Assembly: GCA_963716585.1 (NCBI GenBank)
Contig: CAVQTN010000002.1
Location: forward strand, 389,730 to 453,729
Direction: 5' to 3'
Length of the DNA: 64,000 nucleotides
Source of the DNA: an uncultured Chloroflexia bacterium
GTDB lineage: Bacteria; Chloroflexota; Limnocylindria; QHBO01
The position numbers and the translations under genes were made by a program. Positions 20,788 to 30,358 of this stretch are shown here, piece after piece. Under the pieces are notes generated by a model. That model saw nothing but the letters and a program-made list of their open reading frames with translations. It was not told the DNA's origin and made no database searches. How positions within the stretch are numbered: position 1 is the stretch's first letter; each line of letters starts with the position of its first letter.

Positions 20788-22099
20788 TCACGGGTGCACC
20801 TCCGATGCGTGGCGCCGCTGCACGGAGCGCGAAGCGCGCAGGATCGAGCCGAAGACCGCCGACATCTCCTCGACCGTCATCACGCCGTCGCCGGCGGCCG
20901 CGCGGACCAGCAGCTCGTGCTCGCGCCGCACGTCGTGGCCGTGCGTGCCATTGCCACGGGCCTGCTGGACGGCGAGCGCCGCCGCGGCCCGTTCCTGCAG
21001 CAGCGCCGCGATCCGGTGGTCCAGCGAATCGATCGTCTCGCGCAGCGCCACGACGTCGCCGGATGGCGGCGCCGGGGATGGCATCGGTCGCTCGGGAATG
21101 CGCACGAACTGCAGTCGTCGCAGCTCGTCCATGAGCTCGCCGAACTCCTCGAACGAGAGCGACTGGTCGCCATCGGATTTGGCCTGGGTGGGATGGGGAT
21201 GCACCTCGATGAGCAGGCCATCCGCTCCGACGGCAGCGCCGGCGAGCGCCATCGGTCCGACCAGGGCTCGCTGGCCGGTGCCGTGCGAGGGGTCGACCAT
21301 GATCGGCAGGTGGGTGCGCTGGCGCAGCACCGGCACGGCCGACAGGTCGAGCGTGTTGCGTGTGGCCGTCTCGAACGTGCGGATGCCACGTTCGCAAAGG
21401 ATCACGTTTGGGTTGCCGGAGGACAGGACGTACTCGGCCGCCAGCAGCCACTCCTCGATGGTCGCGCCGAAGCCGCGCTTGAGCAGCACCGGCAGCCGGC
21501 TGTGGCCCACGGCGCGCAGCAGCACGAAGTTGTGCATGTTGCGGCTGCCGACCTGCAGCACATCGACGTAGCGGGCGAAGATCTCGACCTGCGCCGGATC
21601 GGTCACCTCGCTGATGACCGGCAGGCCGGTCTCGTCGCGGGCGTGCGCCAACAGCTCCAGGGCGGCGGAGCCCGAGACCCTGGAAGGCGTACGGCGAGGT
21701 GCGCGGCTTGAAGGCGCCGCCACGCAGCAGGGTCGCGCCCTCGCGACGCGCCGCGCGGGCCGTGCTCAGCAGCTGGTCGGCGGATTCCACCGCGCACGGG
21801 CCGGCGACCACCTGCAGCTCGCCTCCGCCACCGACGTCGACGTCACGCACCCGAACCCGGGTGCGCTCCGGATGATGCTCGATGCTTGCCAGCTTGTACG
21901 GCTGGGTGACCCGGATGACCTGCTCGACGCCGGGGAAGGTTCCCAGGTGCGCCGCACGCTCCACCTCGGCGCCGACCACGCCGATCACCGTCCGCTCCTC
22001 GCCGACGCTGACGAAGGCCTGCAGGTCGTGCGCCTCGATGGCCTCCCGGACTGCCTTCACATCGTCCCGCGTCGCCGTCGGACGCATCACCACGATCAT
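20788..22099 (-). CDS. tri-domain DAHP synthase (N-terminal ACT-like regulatory domain, class I-beta DAHPS core, C-terminal AroQ-type chorismate mutase), paralog 2; 1-nt frame break near 21661
   Basis: The N-terminal part is in ORF 20606-22099 ([43 protein letters not shown]...[12 protein letters not shown]...[15 protein letters not shown]). The continuation is in ORF 20788-21723 ([45 protein letters not shown]...[12 protein letters not shown], then the CM domain [33 protein letters not shown]...). The break is an extra C in gccgccctggag. Confidence 0.75.
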
Positions 22100-22164
22100 C
22101 TGTCAACGCCTCTTGCTGTGCTCGGCGTCTCGTGCCGAATGGGTCCTGGCAGAGGGAAACAAAA

Positions 22165-22200
22165 AACGCACCGGTCCGGGCGGACCGCTGCGTCGGCGGG
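22165..22200 (-). terminator. rho-independent terminator or attenuator hairpin in the leader of the shikimate operon
   Basis: The minus-strand RNA reads GCAGCGGUCCGCCCGGACCGGUGCGUUUUUUGUUUCCC, a stem CGGUCC/GGACCG followed by a U6 tract. It lies about 65 nt upstream of the DAHPS-CM start. A T-run this AT-rich is rare in this sequence. Confidence 0.6.
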
Positions 22201-22246
22201 CACGAGTGCCTCTGCTGGCGGGACTTGCCCGTCTGCCTCGTACCCG

Positions 22247-22276
22247 CTAGGCGTAGTACCAGCACGTGTGGTTCAT
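22247..22276 (-). promoter_or_regulatory. candidate attenuation leader peptide MNHTCWYYA with adjacent Trp-Tyr-Tyr codons
   Basis: The minus-strand reading is ATG AAC CAC ACG TGC TGG TAC TAC GCC TAG. It starts 38 nt after the SDR stop and ends about 45 nt before the terminator hairpin. The aromatic codons sit at the 3' end of the leader, ahead of an aromatic-pathway operon. Confidence 0.45.
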
Positions 22277-22313
22277 GAGTGCGCGGAAGGGTAATCCCGT
22301 TTCCCGACCGATG

Positions 22314-23021
22314 TCAACGCTCGGTCGCCCGACGGATGGCGACGCTCGGCGGCAGGATGGTGCGTCCGCCGTCGGCGTGCCACACCGCGCCGGTGACGTA
22401 GCTCGCCTCCGGCGAGACGAGGAATGCGATGACGTCGGCGATCTCCACGGCGCGCCCCATGCGCCCGAGCGGCACGTCCGGGCGCTCGCCAGGCGGAAAT
22501 GCTGCCGCATCGAAGGCCGTGTCGATCGCCCCGGCGGCCACGACGTTGACGCGCACCTCGGGGGCGCCGATGAGCGCCATCGAGCGAGCGAGGCCCTCCA
22601 GCCCGGCCTTCGACGCCGCGTAGGCAGGTGAACGCGGCGAGCCCTCGGCGGCCCCGGCGATACTGCCGACCAGCACAGCCGCCCCTCGCGATGCGCGCAG
22701 GAGCGGGAGCGCGGCGCGCATCGCCAGGTACGGCGCCCGCAGGTTGACGCGCAGCAGCTCGTCCCACGCCTCGAGGTCGTCCCAGGGCCCCGCCGCCGGC
22801 AGTCCTGCCGAGCAGACCAGGGCGTCGAGCGTCCCGTCGAGCTGCTCGAGGGCGCCAGCCAGCACCGCCTGGTCGCCCGCGTCGCCGACCATGTCCGCGT
22901 CCAGCCCGGGCTGCAGGTCGATTCCCAGCACGCGCCAGGCATCGCCGCGCAGACGCTCGGCGACCGCCTGGCCGATCCCGGAGGCGGAGCCGGTGACGAG
23001 CGCGCTGCGTGGTTGTTTCAT
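22314..23021 (-). CDS. SDR-family short-chain dehydrogenase/reductase
   Basis: The start is the ATG at 23021 (MKQPRSALVTGSASGIGQAVA), a TGxxxGxG Rossmann motif. The YxxxK context is AYAASKAGLEGL. The overlapping 594-aa track ORF is spurious. Confidence 0.8.
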   Translation of the reverse strand: MKQPRSALVTGSASGIGQAVAERLRGDAWRVLGIDLQPGLDADMVGDAGDQAVLAGALEQLDGTLDALVCSAGLPAAGPWDDLEAWDELLRVNLRAPYLAMRAALPLLRASRGAAVLVGSIAGAAEGSPRSPAYAASKAGLEGLARSMALIGAPEVRVNVVAAGAIDTAFDAAAFPPGERPDVPLGRMGRAVEIADVIAFLVSPEASYVTGAVWHADGGRTILPPSVAIRRATER

Positions 23022-23088
23022 CGGCGAAGGATGGCAGACCGGTGCAACGCAGTCCCCTCGCTCTCCGTCCTGACAGCAGCATCCACGC

Positions 23089-24954
23089 GTGCGACACTGG
23101 CGCCGAGGTACCTTCACGATCCTGGATCACCGGCTCATCAGCGCGTTGAGCGGCACGGCCCTCCTGCTCGCCGCCTGTTCGGCCACCCCGATTTCCACCC
23201 CTCCTGCGGCCACCCCGAGCATGACGGCCACTCCCAGCCCGCCGCTCAGTGCGACGCCGGTCCCGACCGCCACGCCCGACCCGGTCGAGCAGCTGCTGGC
23301 CGGCATGACGGTCGACGAGCGCATCGGGCAGCTGCTGATGCCGTACGCCTACGGATCGTCGGCCACCAGGGTCACGACCGCACAGGCGGCCGCCAATCGC
23401 CAGATCTACGGCGTCGACACGCCCGCACAGCTCGTGACGCGCGACCACCTCGGGGGCATGATCCTGCTGCCGCGCAATACGCTCCATCCGACGCTCTCCG
23501 AGCTGCCGACCGACAACACGACCGACCCGGCCGCCGTCCCCGGCCTGGTGGACGGCCTGCAGCAGGCGGCGCAGGCCGACAGCGGCGTGCCGCTGCTGAT
23601 CGCCACCGACCAGGAGGAAGGGATCGTCACCCGGATCGGTGCTCCGCTGGCGATGTTCCCCGGCGCAATGCCACTCGGAGCGGCGGGGTCGGCCGAGTTG
23701 GCGCGCAACGTGGCCGCCGCGACCGGCCGCGAGCTGGCCGCCCTCGGTATCAACCTCGACCTCGCGCCGGACAGTGACGTCAATGTCGAACCGCGCAATC
23801 CGGTCATCGGGCTGCGGTCGTTCGGCGACGAACCGAGCCTGGTCTCCCGGCTGGCCGCGGCGCAGGTCGCCGGCTACCAGCAAGACGCCGCGATCGGTGC
23901 GGCCGCCAAGCACTTCCCGGGTCACGGCGACACCACGGTCGACAGCCACACCGGGCTGCCAGTCATCGACCACGACCGCGCGACGCTCGATCGGGTGGAC
24001 CTGCCGCCGTTCGCGGCGGCCATCGGCGCCGGGGTGGACGTCGTGATGGCCGGCCACCTCCTCGTTCCGGCCCTCGACCCGGACGAGCCCGCAACCCTCT
24101 CGTCACGGATCCTGACCAACCTGCTGCGTGGCGATCTCGGCTTCGACGGCGTGGCCATGACCGACTCACTGTGGATGCAGGGCATCCGCTCCCGCGTCAA
24201 CAGCGATGCGGAAGCTGCCCTCCGCGCGCTGCAGGCCGGTGCCGACATCCTGCTCATGCCGCCCGACCCTGCCGGGGTCATCGATGCCCTCGGCGCGGCG
24301 GTGCGCGACGGCACGCTCAGCCAGACGCGGGTTGACGCATCCGTGCGGCGCGTCCTGCGACTGAAGCAGCGCCTGGGCCTGCTGCAGCCAGGCTGGCACC
24401 CCGCGGCGCGGGTCCCCGATGTGCAGACGCTCGCCGCCGATCGCGCGCTGGCCCTCGACGCCGCGACGCAGGCCGTCACGCTGACCAGCTGCACCGCGGC
24501 CCTGCCGCTCAGCAGCCGAAGCAGCCTGGTGGTCGGTCTCGACGGACCGGCGACCACACTCGCCGCCGGCCTGCCAAACGCCCACCCGCTGGCCGTGGCC
24601 TTCAACCCGACGGCAGCGCAGCGACAGGCTGCTGTAGCGGCCGCCGCGACGGCCGGCAGCATCGTGGCGCTGACCTACGACGCGGACCAGTCGGCGGCGC
24701 AGCAGGCCCTGCTCCGGGACCTGGCCGCCAGTGGCCGGCCGCTGATTGTCGTGTCGATCGATCTGCCGTATGACCTGGCCGTGCCGGTTGCCGCCGACGC
24801 GCGCCTGGCGACGTACGGGGCCGGAGCCGTGTCGATGGCCGGCCTGGCGCGGGCACTGACTTCCGGCAGCTTCAGCGGCCGGCTGCCGGTCGCCGTTCCC
24901 GGCCCCGCTGGTCGCGCGCTCGCGTTCGGCGACGGACTCGACCGCTGCCGCTGA
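23089..24954 (+). CDS. glycoside hydrolase family 3 lipoprotein (beta-N-acetylhexosaminidase / beta-glucosidase-like)
   Basis: 621 aa. The lipobox is LLLAAC, followed by a Ser/Thr/Pro linker. GH3 N-domain motifs are present (GGMILLPRN, KHFPGHGDTTVDSHTGLPVIDHD, VMAGHLLVPALD, GFDGVAMTDSL). Confidence 0.8.
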   Translation: MRHWRRGTFTILDHRLISALSGTALLLAACSATPISTPPAATPSMTATPSPPLSATPVPTATPDPVEQLLAGMTVDERIGQLLMPYAYGSSATRVTTAQAAANRQIYGVDTPAQLVTRDHLGGMILLPRNTLHPTLSELPTDNTTDPAAVPGLVDGLQQAAQADSGVPLLIATDQEEGIVTRIGAPLAMFPGAMPLGAAGSAELARNVAAATGRELAALGINLDLAPDSDVNVEPRNPVIGLRSFGDEPSLVSRLAAAQVAGYQQDAAIGAAAKHFPGHGDTTVDSHTGLPVIDHDRATLDRVDLPPFAAAIGAGVDVVMAGHLLVPALDPDEPATLSSRILTNLLRGDLGFDGVAMTDSLWMQGIRSRVNSDAEAALRALQAGADILLMPPDPAGVIDALGAAVRDGTLSQTRVDASVRRVLRLKQRLGLLQPGWHPAARVPDVQTLAADRALALDAATQAVTLTSCTAALPLSSRSSLVVGLDGPATTLAAGLPNAHPLAVAFNPTAAQRQAAVAAAATAGSIVALTYDADQSAAQQALLRDLAASGRPLIVVSIDLPYDLAVPVAADARLATYGAGAVSMAGLARALTSGSFSGRLPVAVPGPAGRALAFGDGLDRCR

Positions 24955-25100
24955 ACTGGGGGCTATCGGTCCCGGAAGATCCATGCTAGACTGCCGTGAC
25001 ATGCTCCCTTGCGGGAGCGCAGATAACGCGGCGCACGATCACTCCTCTCACGGTTTTCGGCGAGAAGGTCGCTGGAGCCGCACGAGAAGGAGTTTCTTTT

Positions 25101-25457
25101 TTGTACCAATCAACCTACACCGATAAGACGCTGGTCTGCGCCGACTGCAACCAGGAGTTCGTCTTCACCGGCAGCGAGCAGCAGTTCTTCGCTGATCGCC
25201 AGTTCAGCGAGCCGCGTCGCTGCCCGGCCTGCCGCGCAATCCGCAAGGCCTCCCGCGGCGACAACGGCGGGAGCAGCTACGGCAATGGCGGCGGCTATTC
25301 GAGCGGTGGTTACTCGAGCGGCGGCGGCTACGACCGTGGCCCGCGCGAGATGCACAGCGCGACGTGCGCGAGCTGCGGCCGCGAGGCCCTCGTCCCATTC
25401 CGGCCGACCGGCAGCAAGCCGGTCTACTGCAGCGACTGCTTCAGCCCGCGCCGCTAG
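25101..25457 (+). CDS. small double zinc-ribbon protein with a central Gly/Tyr/Ser-rich linker (putative nucleic-acid-binding)
   Basis: 118 aa from TTG 25101, preceded by GAAGGAG at 25084-25090 and an unusual T-rich spacer. The two ribbons are C-x2-C-x24-C-x2-C (CADC...CPAC) and C-x2-C-x17-C-x2-C (CASC...CSDC), separated by GGSSYGNGGGYSSGGYSSGGGYDRGPR. GC3 is high only from 25101 onward. The GTG at 24996 is rejected as the start. Confidence 0.65.
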   Translation: MYQSTYTDKTLVCADCNQEFVFTGSEQQFFADRQFSEPRRCPACRAIRKASRGDNGGSSYGNGGGYSSGGYSSGGGYDRGPREMHSATCASCGREALVPFRPTGSKPVYCSDCFSPRR

Positions 25458-25504
25458 TCGTCGTGCGCCAATGGCGCCACTCCGCTGATTTCCAATCGAG
25501 CCCG

Positions 25505-25540
25505 GTGAGCAATCGCCGGGCTCGATTGCTGCCCGCGGTT
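25505..25540 (+). terminator. 13-bp perfect inverted repeat (caatcgagcccgg / ccgggctcgattg) immediately after the zinc-ribbon gene; a U-tract-less terminator or a protein-binding palindrome
   Basis: Read directly. The loop is 10 nt and there is no downstream T-run. Confidence 0.4.
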
Positions 25541-25816
25541 GCGGACGCCAGTCGCCTCGGAAGGGCTGTGCCGCGCGGAACGCTCGGGGGGTGCCACTCC
25601 GAGTGGACATACGTCGGCGTGATCAGCGTTCGAGCGGTGCGGCGCTCGCGGTGGACGGCCCAACGCCGCGGACCGAGCGTGGAGAGCGTGCCAACGCCAT
25701 GCCCCGACCGCTACGCAGTGGACGAGCGCGGTTCAGACCGACAGGTGACTGGTCGCGCGACGTCCAGCAACCAAGGCTTGGCCTTAACGCGGCGTTGATC
25801 ATCGAATAACAGCGGC

Positions 25817-26986
25817 TTGACGACGCGGCCGCAGGCTGGCCGCATGACCAACAGATTCATGCCGCTCGGCAGACATGCGACACGCACGGCGCTGCCCCTC
25901 CTTGTCATCGGCTCATTCGCCCTGGCTGCATGCCAGCCGGCCGGCTCAGCTTCGAGCGCGCCAGCCTCCGGCTCGCCGGGCACGGGCTCGTCCCCGTTGA
26001 CCACTTCTTCCGCCAGCTCGACCTTGAAGGCCGATCTGCTGGGCGCCGGCGCGACCTTCCCCGACCCGGTCTACCAGGAGTGGATCGGCGGGTTCGTGGG
26101 TGCCAATCCGGGGGTCTCGATCACGTACGAGCCGATCGGCTCCGGCGGCGGGGTCGAGCAGTTCATCGCGCAGTCCACCGACTTTGGCGGATCGGATGCA
26201 TTCATGACCGATGACGAGATCACGGCCGCGGAGAAGGCGCGCGGCTGCGATGTCGTGCACATCCCCACCGTCTTCGGCGCCGTGGCGATGGCCTACAACG
26301 TGCCCGCGGTCGATGGCCTGGTGCTCGACTCCGCGACGATCGCCGGCATCTTCCTGGGCAGGATCACGAAGTGGAACGACCCCGCCATCGCCGCACTGAA
26401 CACCGGCGCGACCCTGCCGGACCTGCAGATCATCGTGGCACATCGCTCCGATGGATCGGGCACGACCTCGATCTTCACGACGTACCTCGACGGCGAGAGC
26501 ACTGACTGGCGCACTGGCGTGGGCAAGGGCAAGGAGGTCAGCTGGCCGACCGGGGTCGGCGGGCAGGGCAACGACGGGGTGGCCGCGGCCGTCGCCCAGA
26601 ACGAGGGGGGCATCGGCTACGTCGAGCTGTCGTATGCGATCGAGAACGGCCTGGCGGTCGCATCGGTCAAGAACGCCGACGGCACCGCGGTCGAGCCGAG
26701 CCTCGAGTCGACAACCGCGGCGGCCGACGGGATCCAGATCCCCGACGACCTGCGCTTCAACATCGCGCACGTCGGCGGCACTGGCTATCCGATCGCCGGG
26801 GCGACCTGGGTGCTCGCCTACACGTGCGGCTATGACCAGGCCAAGGCCGATGCGCTGAAGGCCTTCCTGCGCTGGGCGCTCGAGGACGGCGACCAGGTCG
26901 CACAGGAGCTGCACTACGCCCCGGTCGGTGAGGCGCTGCAGGCGAGGGCGCTGGCCAACGTCGACCGGATCAACGCCGGCGGATGA
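25817..26986 (+). CDS. pstS: phosphate ABC transporter substrate-binding lipoprotein
   Basis: The lipobox is FALAAC and the mature domain is PstS-like (GAGATFPDPVYQEWIGGF..., SDGSGTTSIFTTYL). The start may be the internal ATG at 25844. Confidence 0.85.
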   Translation: MTTRPQAGRMTNRFMPLGRHATRTALPLLVIGSFALAACQPAGSASSAPASGSPGTGSSPLTTSSASSTLKADLLGAGATFPDPVYQEWIGGFVGANPGVSITYEPIGSGGGVEQFIAQSTDFGGSDAFMTDDEITAAEKARGCDVVHIPTVFGAVAMAYNVPAVDGLVLDSATIAGIFLGRITKWNDPAIAALNTGATLPDLQIIVAHRSDGSGTTSIFTTYLDGESTDWRTGVGKGKEVSWPTGVGGQGNDGVAAAVAQNEGGIGYVELSYAIENGLAVASVKNADGTAVEPSLESTTAAADGIQIPDDLRFNIAHVGGTGYPIAGATWVLAYTCGYDQAKADALKAFLRWALEDGDQVAQELHYAPVGEALQARALANVDRINAGG

Positions 26987-27930
26987 AACCCAGGACCAGC
27001 CGCGGCGACAACGCCTTCCGCTGGATGGTGACCCTCTCGGGTGCCGCCGTCCTGGCCGTGCTGGCGTTGATGATCGGCTCGACCACGCTGGACGCCCTGC
27101 CGGTCTTCGTTTCGCAGGGGCTGGGCAGCTTCCTGACCGGCACGACGTGGGACCCGGGCGTGTCGCGCACCACGATCACCGGCACGTACCAGGCCGGCGT
27201 CTTCCTCTACGGCACGCTGCTGACCTCGGCCATCGCGCTGGCGCTGGCGGTCCCGGTCTCGCTGGGCATCGCGCTCTTCCTGAGTGACGTCGCCGCGCCG
27301 CGCCTGCGCGGTCCGCTGATCGCCCTGGTCGACCTGCTGGCCGCCATCCCGAGCGTCATCTACGGGCTGTGGGGGCTGCACTTCTTCGCGCCGGTCATCC
27401 TGAGGCCCGCGGCGCAGTCGATCAGCGCCGGGATCGGATTCATCCCGACCTTCGGGGGCCCGGTGATCGCGTTCAACGTCTTCTACGCCGGCGTCGTGCT
27501 GGCGATCATGATCGTGCCAATCATCACCGCCATCGCCCGCGAGGTGTTCGTGGCGGTACCAAACGCCCAGCGCGACGCGGCGTATGCCGTGGGCGCTACC
27601 CGTTGGGAGGTGATGCGCTCGGTGGTCGTGCCGCGCAGCCGGCCGGGCATCATCGGCGCGATCATGCTCGGGCTCGGACGTGCGCTCGGCGAAACAATCG
27701 CGGTGGCGCTGCTGATCGGTGGCGGGACAGCGATCAGCGCGAGCATCTTCCAGCCGGGGGACACGGTCGCCGCCAAGATCGTCAACACGTTCCAGGAGTC
27801 GACTCCCGAGGCGGTCCGCGCCCTGATCGCGCTGGGCGTGACGCTCTTCGCGCTCACCATCGCGATCAACGTCGCGGCGCGCCTGATCGTGCGGCGCATC
27901 GGCGATCTCAGCGGCGAGGCGGTCGCATGA
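26983..27930 (+). CDS. pstC: phosphate ABC transporter permease
   Basis: 315 aa with 6 TM segments. The ABC permease EAA-like loop is GRALGETIAVALLIGG. It overlaps pstS and pstA. Confidence 0.85.
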   Translation: MKPRTSRGDNAFRWMVTLSGAAVLAVLALMIGSTTLDALPVFVSQGLGSFLTGTTWDPGVSRTTITGTYQAGVFLYGTLLTSAIALALAVPVSLGIALFLSDVAAPRLRGPLIALVDLLAAIPSVIYGLWGLHFFAPVILRPAAQSISAGIGFIPTFGGPVIAFNVFYAGVVLAIMIVPIITAIAREVFVAVPNAQRDAAYAVGATRWEVMRSVVVPRSRPGIIGAIMLGLGRALGETIAVALLIGGGTAISASIFQPGDTVAAKIVNTFQESTPEAVRALIALGVTLFALTIAINVAARLIVRRIGDLSGEAVA

Positions 27931-28796
27931 CGGCCACGACTTCGCTGCTGATCCGTGCTCCCGGCGCACGGCGGCGTCGCGCCTTCGACCGGGTGGTGAG
28001 CGGCCTGCTGCTGTTCGCGGCGCTGTCTGCCGTGGTGCCGCTGCTGCTGATCATCGGGGTCACCATGGCGCGCGGCCTGCCGGCCATGAACTTCGCCTTC
28101 CTGACCGAGACGTTCAATTTCTCGCGCCGGGCGGCGGGCGGCGGCTACCTGCACGGGCTGGTCGGATCGCTGTACATGGGCGCCCTCGCGGCGCTCATGG
28201 CAATCCCGCCCGGAATCGCCACCGCGATCTACCTGACCGAGTTTCCACGCTCGCCGCTGGCGCCAGCGGTCCGGTTCTTCGCCGACGTGATGACCGGCGT
28301 GCCGAGCGTCTTCGTCGGCCTGTTCGTCTATACCCTGCTGGTGCGCCAGATCGGCTTCGGCACGTTCGTCGGCGCGCTGTCGCTGGCCATCATCATGCTG
28401 CCGATCGTGGTGCGCTCGTCCGAGGAGATCCTGCGGCTGGTGCCCGGCGACCTGAAGCGGGCGAGCTACGCGCTGGGGGCGCGGCACTGGCAAACGGTGC
28501 TGCGGGTGGTGCTCCCAGCGGCGGCACCCGGGCTGGTGACCGGATCGATGCTGGCGATCGCCCGCGCGCTGGGCGAGACGGCGCCCCTGGTCCTCACCGC
28601 CCTCGCGGCGCAGACGGTCGTGCTCGACTTCCAGGGCCAGGGCCAGTCGGCCCTGCCACTGCTCATCTTCCGCGAGGCGCGCGGGGCGTTCGCCGCCGGA
28701 CAGGAGCGCGCCTGGGCGGGGGCACTGGAGCTGATGCTGCTCGTGCTGGTGCTGAGCCTCGTCGCGCGGCTGGTGGGGAGGCGCCTGCATGGCTGA
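27927..28796 (+). CDS. pstA: phosphate ABC transporter permease
   Basis: The start is an ATGA overlap with pstC ([12 protein letters not shown]...). The loop [15 protein letters not shown] is present. The track ORF from 27369 is over-extended. Confidence 0.85.
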   Translation: MTATTSLLIRAPGARRRRAFDRVVSGLLLFAALSAVVPLLLIIGVTMARGLPAMNFAFLTETFNFSRRAAGGGYLHGLVGSLYMGALAALMAIPPGIATAIYLTEFPRSPLAPAVRFFADVMTGVPSVFVGLFVYTLLVRQIGFGTFVGALSLAIIMLPIVVRSSEEILRLVPGDLKRASYALGARHWQTVLRVVLPAAAPGLVTGSMLAIARALGETAPLVLTALAAQTVVLDFQGQGQSALPLLIFREARGAFAAGQERAWAGALELMLLVLVLSLVARLVGRRLHG

Positions 28797-29622
28797 AATG
28801 GCCGCCTTGCCGGTGATGGACGCGACGGATGCCCGCGAACCCGAGACGCTCGCCACGGCGGACGCCGTGTTGCGCCTCGAGAACGTCGCGATCCACTACG
28901 ACGACGTGACCGCTGTGCGCGGCATCTCGCTCGACGTGCCCCGCAACCGGATCCTGGCGCTCATCGGTCCCAGCGGCTGCGGCAAGTCCACGCTGCTGCG
29001 CAGCATGAACCGCATGAATGACCTGATCCCCGGCGCGCGCCTCGACGGCCGGGTCAGCTACAACGGCGAGGACATGTACGACCCCGCGGTGGACCCGGTG
29101 GAGGTACGGCGCCGCGTCGGGATGGTCTTCCAGAAGCCGAACCCCTTCCCGAAGTCGATCTACGACAACGTGGCCTTCGGTCCCCGGCTCGCCGGCGCGC
29201 GGCGCGACCTCGACGAGATCGTCGAGCGCTCACTGCGCCGGGCAGCGCTGTGGGACGAGGTCAAGGACAAGCTGCGCGCGCCCGGGACGGCCCTCTCGGG
29301 CGGGCAGCAGCAGCGGATGTGCATCGCCCGCGCCATCGCCGTGGAGCCGGACGTGATCTTGATGGACGAGCCCTGTTCCGCCCTCGACCCGATCGCCACC
29401 CTGCGCATCGAGGAGCTGATGCGCGAGCTCAGCCACGCGTACACGATCGTGATCGTGACGCACAATATGCAGCAGGCGGCGCGCGCCAGTGATGTGACGG
29501 CGTTTCTGAACATGGGCGCGGACCGCGCTGGCCATCTCGTAGAGGTGGCACCCACTCAGCGGCTCTTCACCGCCCCGAGCAACCAGATCACCGAGGACTA
29601 CATCACCGGACGGTTCGGCTGA
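28789..29622 (+). CDS. pstB: phosphate import ATP-binding protein
   Basis: Walker [10 protein letters not shown], signature [16 protein letters not shown], and Walker [12 protein letters not shown] are all present. Confidence 0.9.
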   Translation: MAEMAALPVMDATDAREPETLATADAVLRLENVAIHYDDVTAVRGISLDVPRNRILALIGPSGCGKSTLLRSMNRMNDLIPGARLDGRVSYNGEDMYDPAVDPVEVRRRVGMVFQKPNPFPKSIYDNVAFGPRLAGARRDLDEIVERSLRRAALWDEVKDKLRAPGTALSGGQQQRMCIARAIAVEPDVILMDEPCSALDPIATLRIEELMRELSHAYTIVIVTHNMQQAARASDVTAFLNMGADRAGHLVEVAPTQRLFTAPSNQITEDYITGRFG

Positions 29623-30335
29623 TGCGACCGATGGAGTTCGATCCAATGAGCGATGACAGCGATCCGCAACCTCACGGCGGCCTGCGCAGCACCTTCGACC
29701 AGGCCCTGAGCGCGCTCAAGGAGGACGTCCTGCGGCTGGGTTCGCTGGTCGATGACGCCGTCGCCGGCGCCGGACGAGCACTGGTCGAGCGCGACGTCGA
29801 GCTTGCCGACCAGGTGCGCTGGAACGACGAGCAGGTCAACGAGCTGCAGCGGCGCATCAACACGGAGGTCGCTGCGGCGATCGCCACGCAGTCCCCGGTG
29901 GCCCGTGACGCACGCGAGCTGCTGGCGCTCTATCACGCCGCCGCGGAGCTGGAGCGAATGGGCGACTACGCGGTCAACATCGCGAAGCTGGCCCAGCAGC
30001 TGGCCGCCGAGCCGGAGCAGCCGATCCTGCCCCAGATCCCGCGGATGGTGATTCTCTGTCGCGAGCAGCTGCGCTCCGCCATGCGGGCGCTGGTCGATGT
30101 CAGCGAGGACGAGGCGCGTGCCATGTGCCGCCGTGACGACGAGATCGATGCGCTCTACAACGAGGCCTACCGCGCCAGCCTGGATGTTCTGACCCAGCAT
30201 GCGGATCGGGCGGCGCAGACGACGCATATGCTCTTCGCGGCGCATCACCTGGAGCGCCTCGGCGATCGGGTCACCAACATCGGCGAGGACGTGGTGTACC
30301 TGGCCACCGGGCGCGTGGAGGACCTCAACCCCTGA
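29622..30335 (+). CDS. phoU: phosphate signalling complex protein PhoU
   Basis: 237 aa with two PhoU repeats (ELERMGDYAVNIAK ... HLERLGDRVTNIGEDVVYLATG). Confidence 0.85.
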   Translation: MRPMEFDPMSDDSDPQPHGGLRSTFDQALSALKEDVLRLGSLVDDAVAGAGRALVERDVELADQVRWNDEQVNELQRRINTEVAAAIATQSPVARDARELLALYHAAAELERMGDYAVNIAKLAQQLAAEPEQPILPQIPRMVILCREQLRSAMRALVDVSEDEARAMCRRDDEIDALYNEAYRASLDVLTQHADRAAQTTHMLFAAHHLERLGDRVTNIGEDVVYLATGRVEDLNP

Positions 30336-30358
30336 GCAGCCCGAAGCGTCGCATCCTG

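Noticed and set aside
22100-22313. T-box riboswitch upstream of the aro operon
   Set aside because: No AGGGTGG T-box motif or specifier-loop architecture was found. A leader peptide plus terminator fits better.
22273-24057. 594-aa minus-strand ORF
   Set aside because: It is Arg/Gly/Ala-rich junk. It overlaps the well-supported SDR (minus) and GH3 hydrolase (plus) genes, so it is a typical high-GC shadow ORF.
27369-27926. 5' extension of pstA (track ORF from 27369)
   Set aside because: It overlaps pstC out of frame. The genuine start is the ATGA overlap at 27927.
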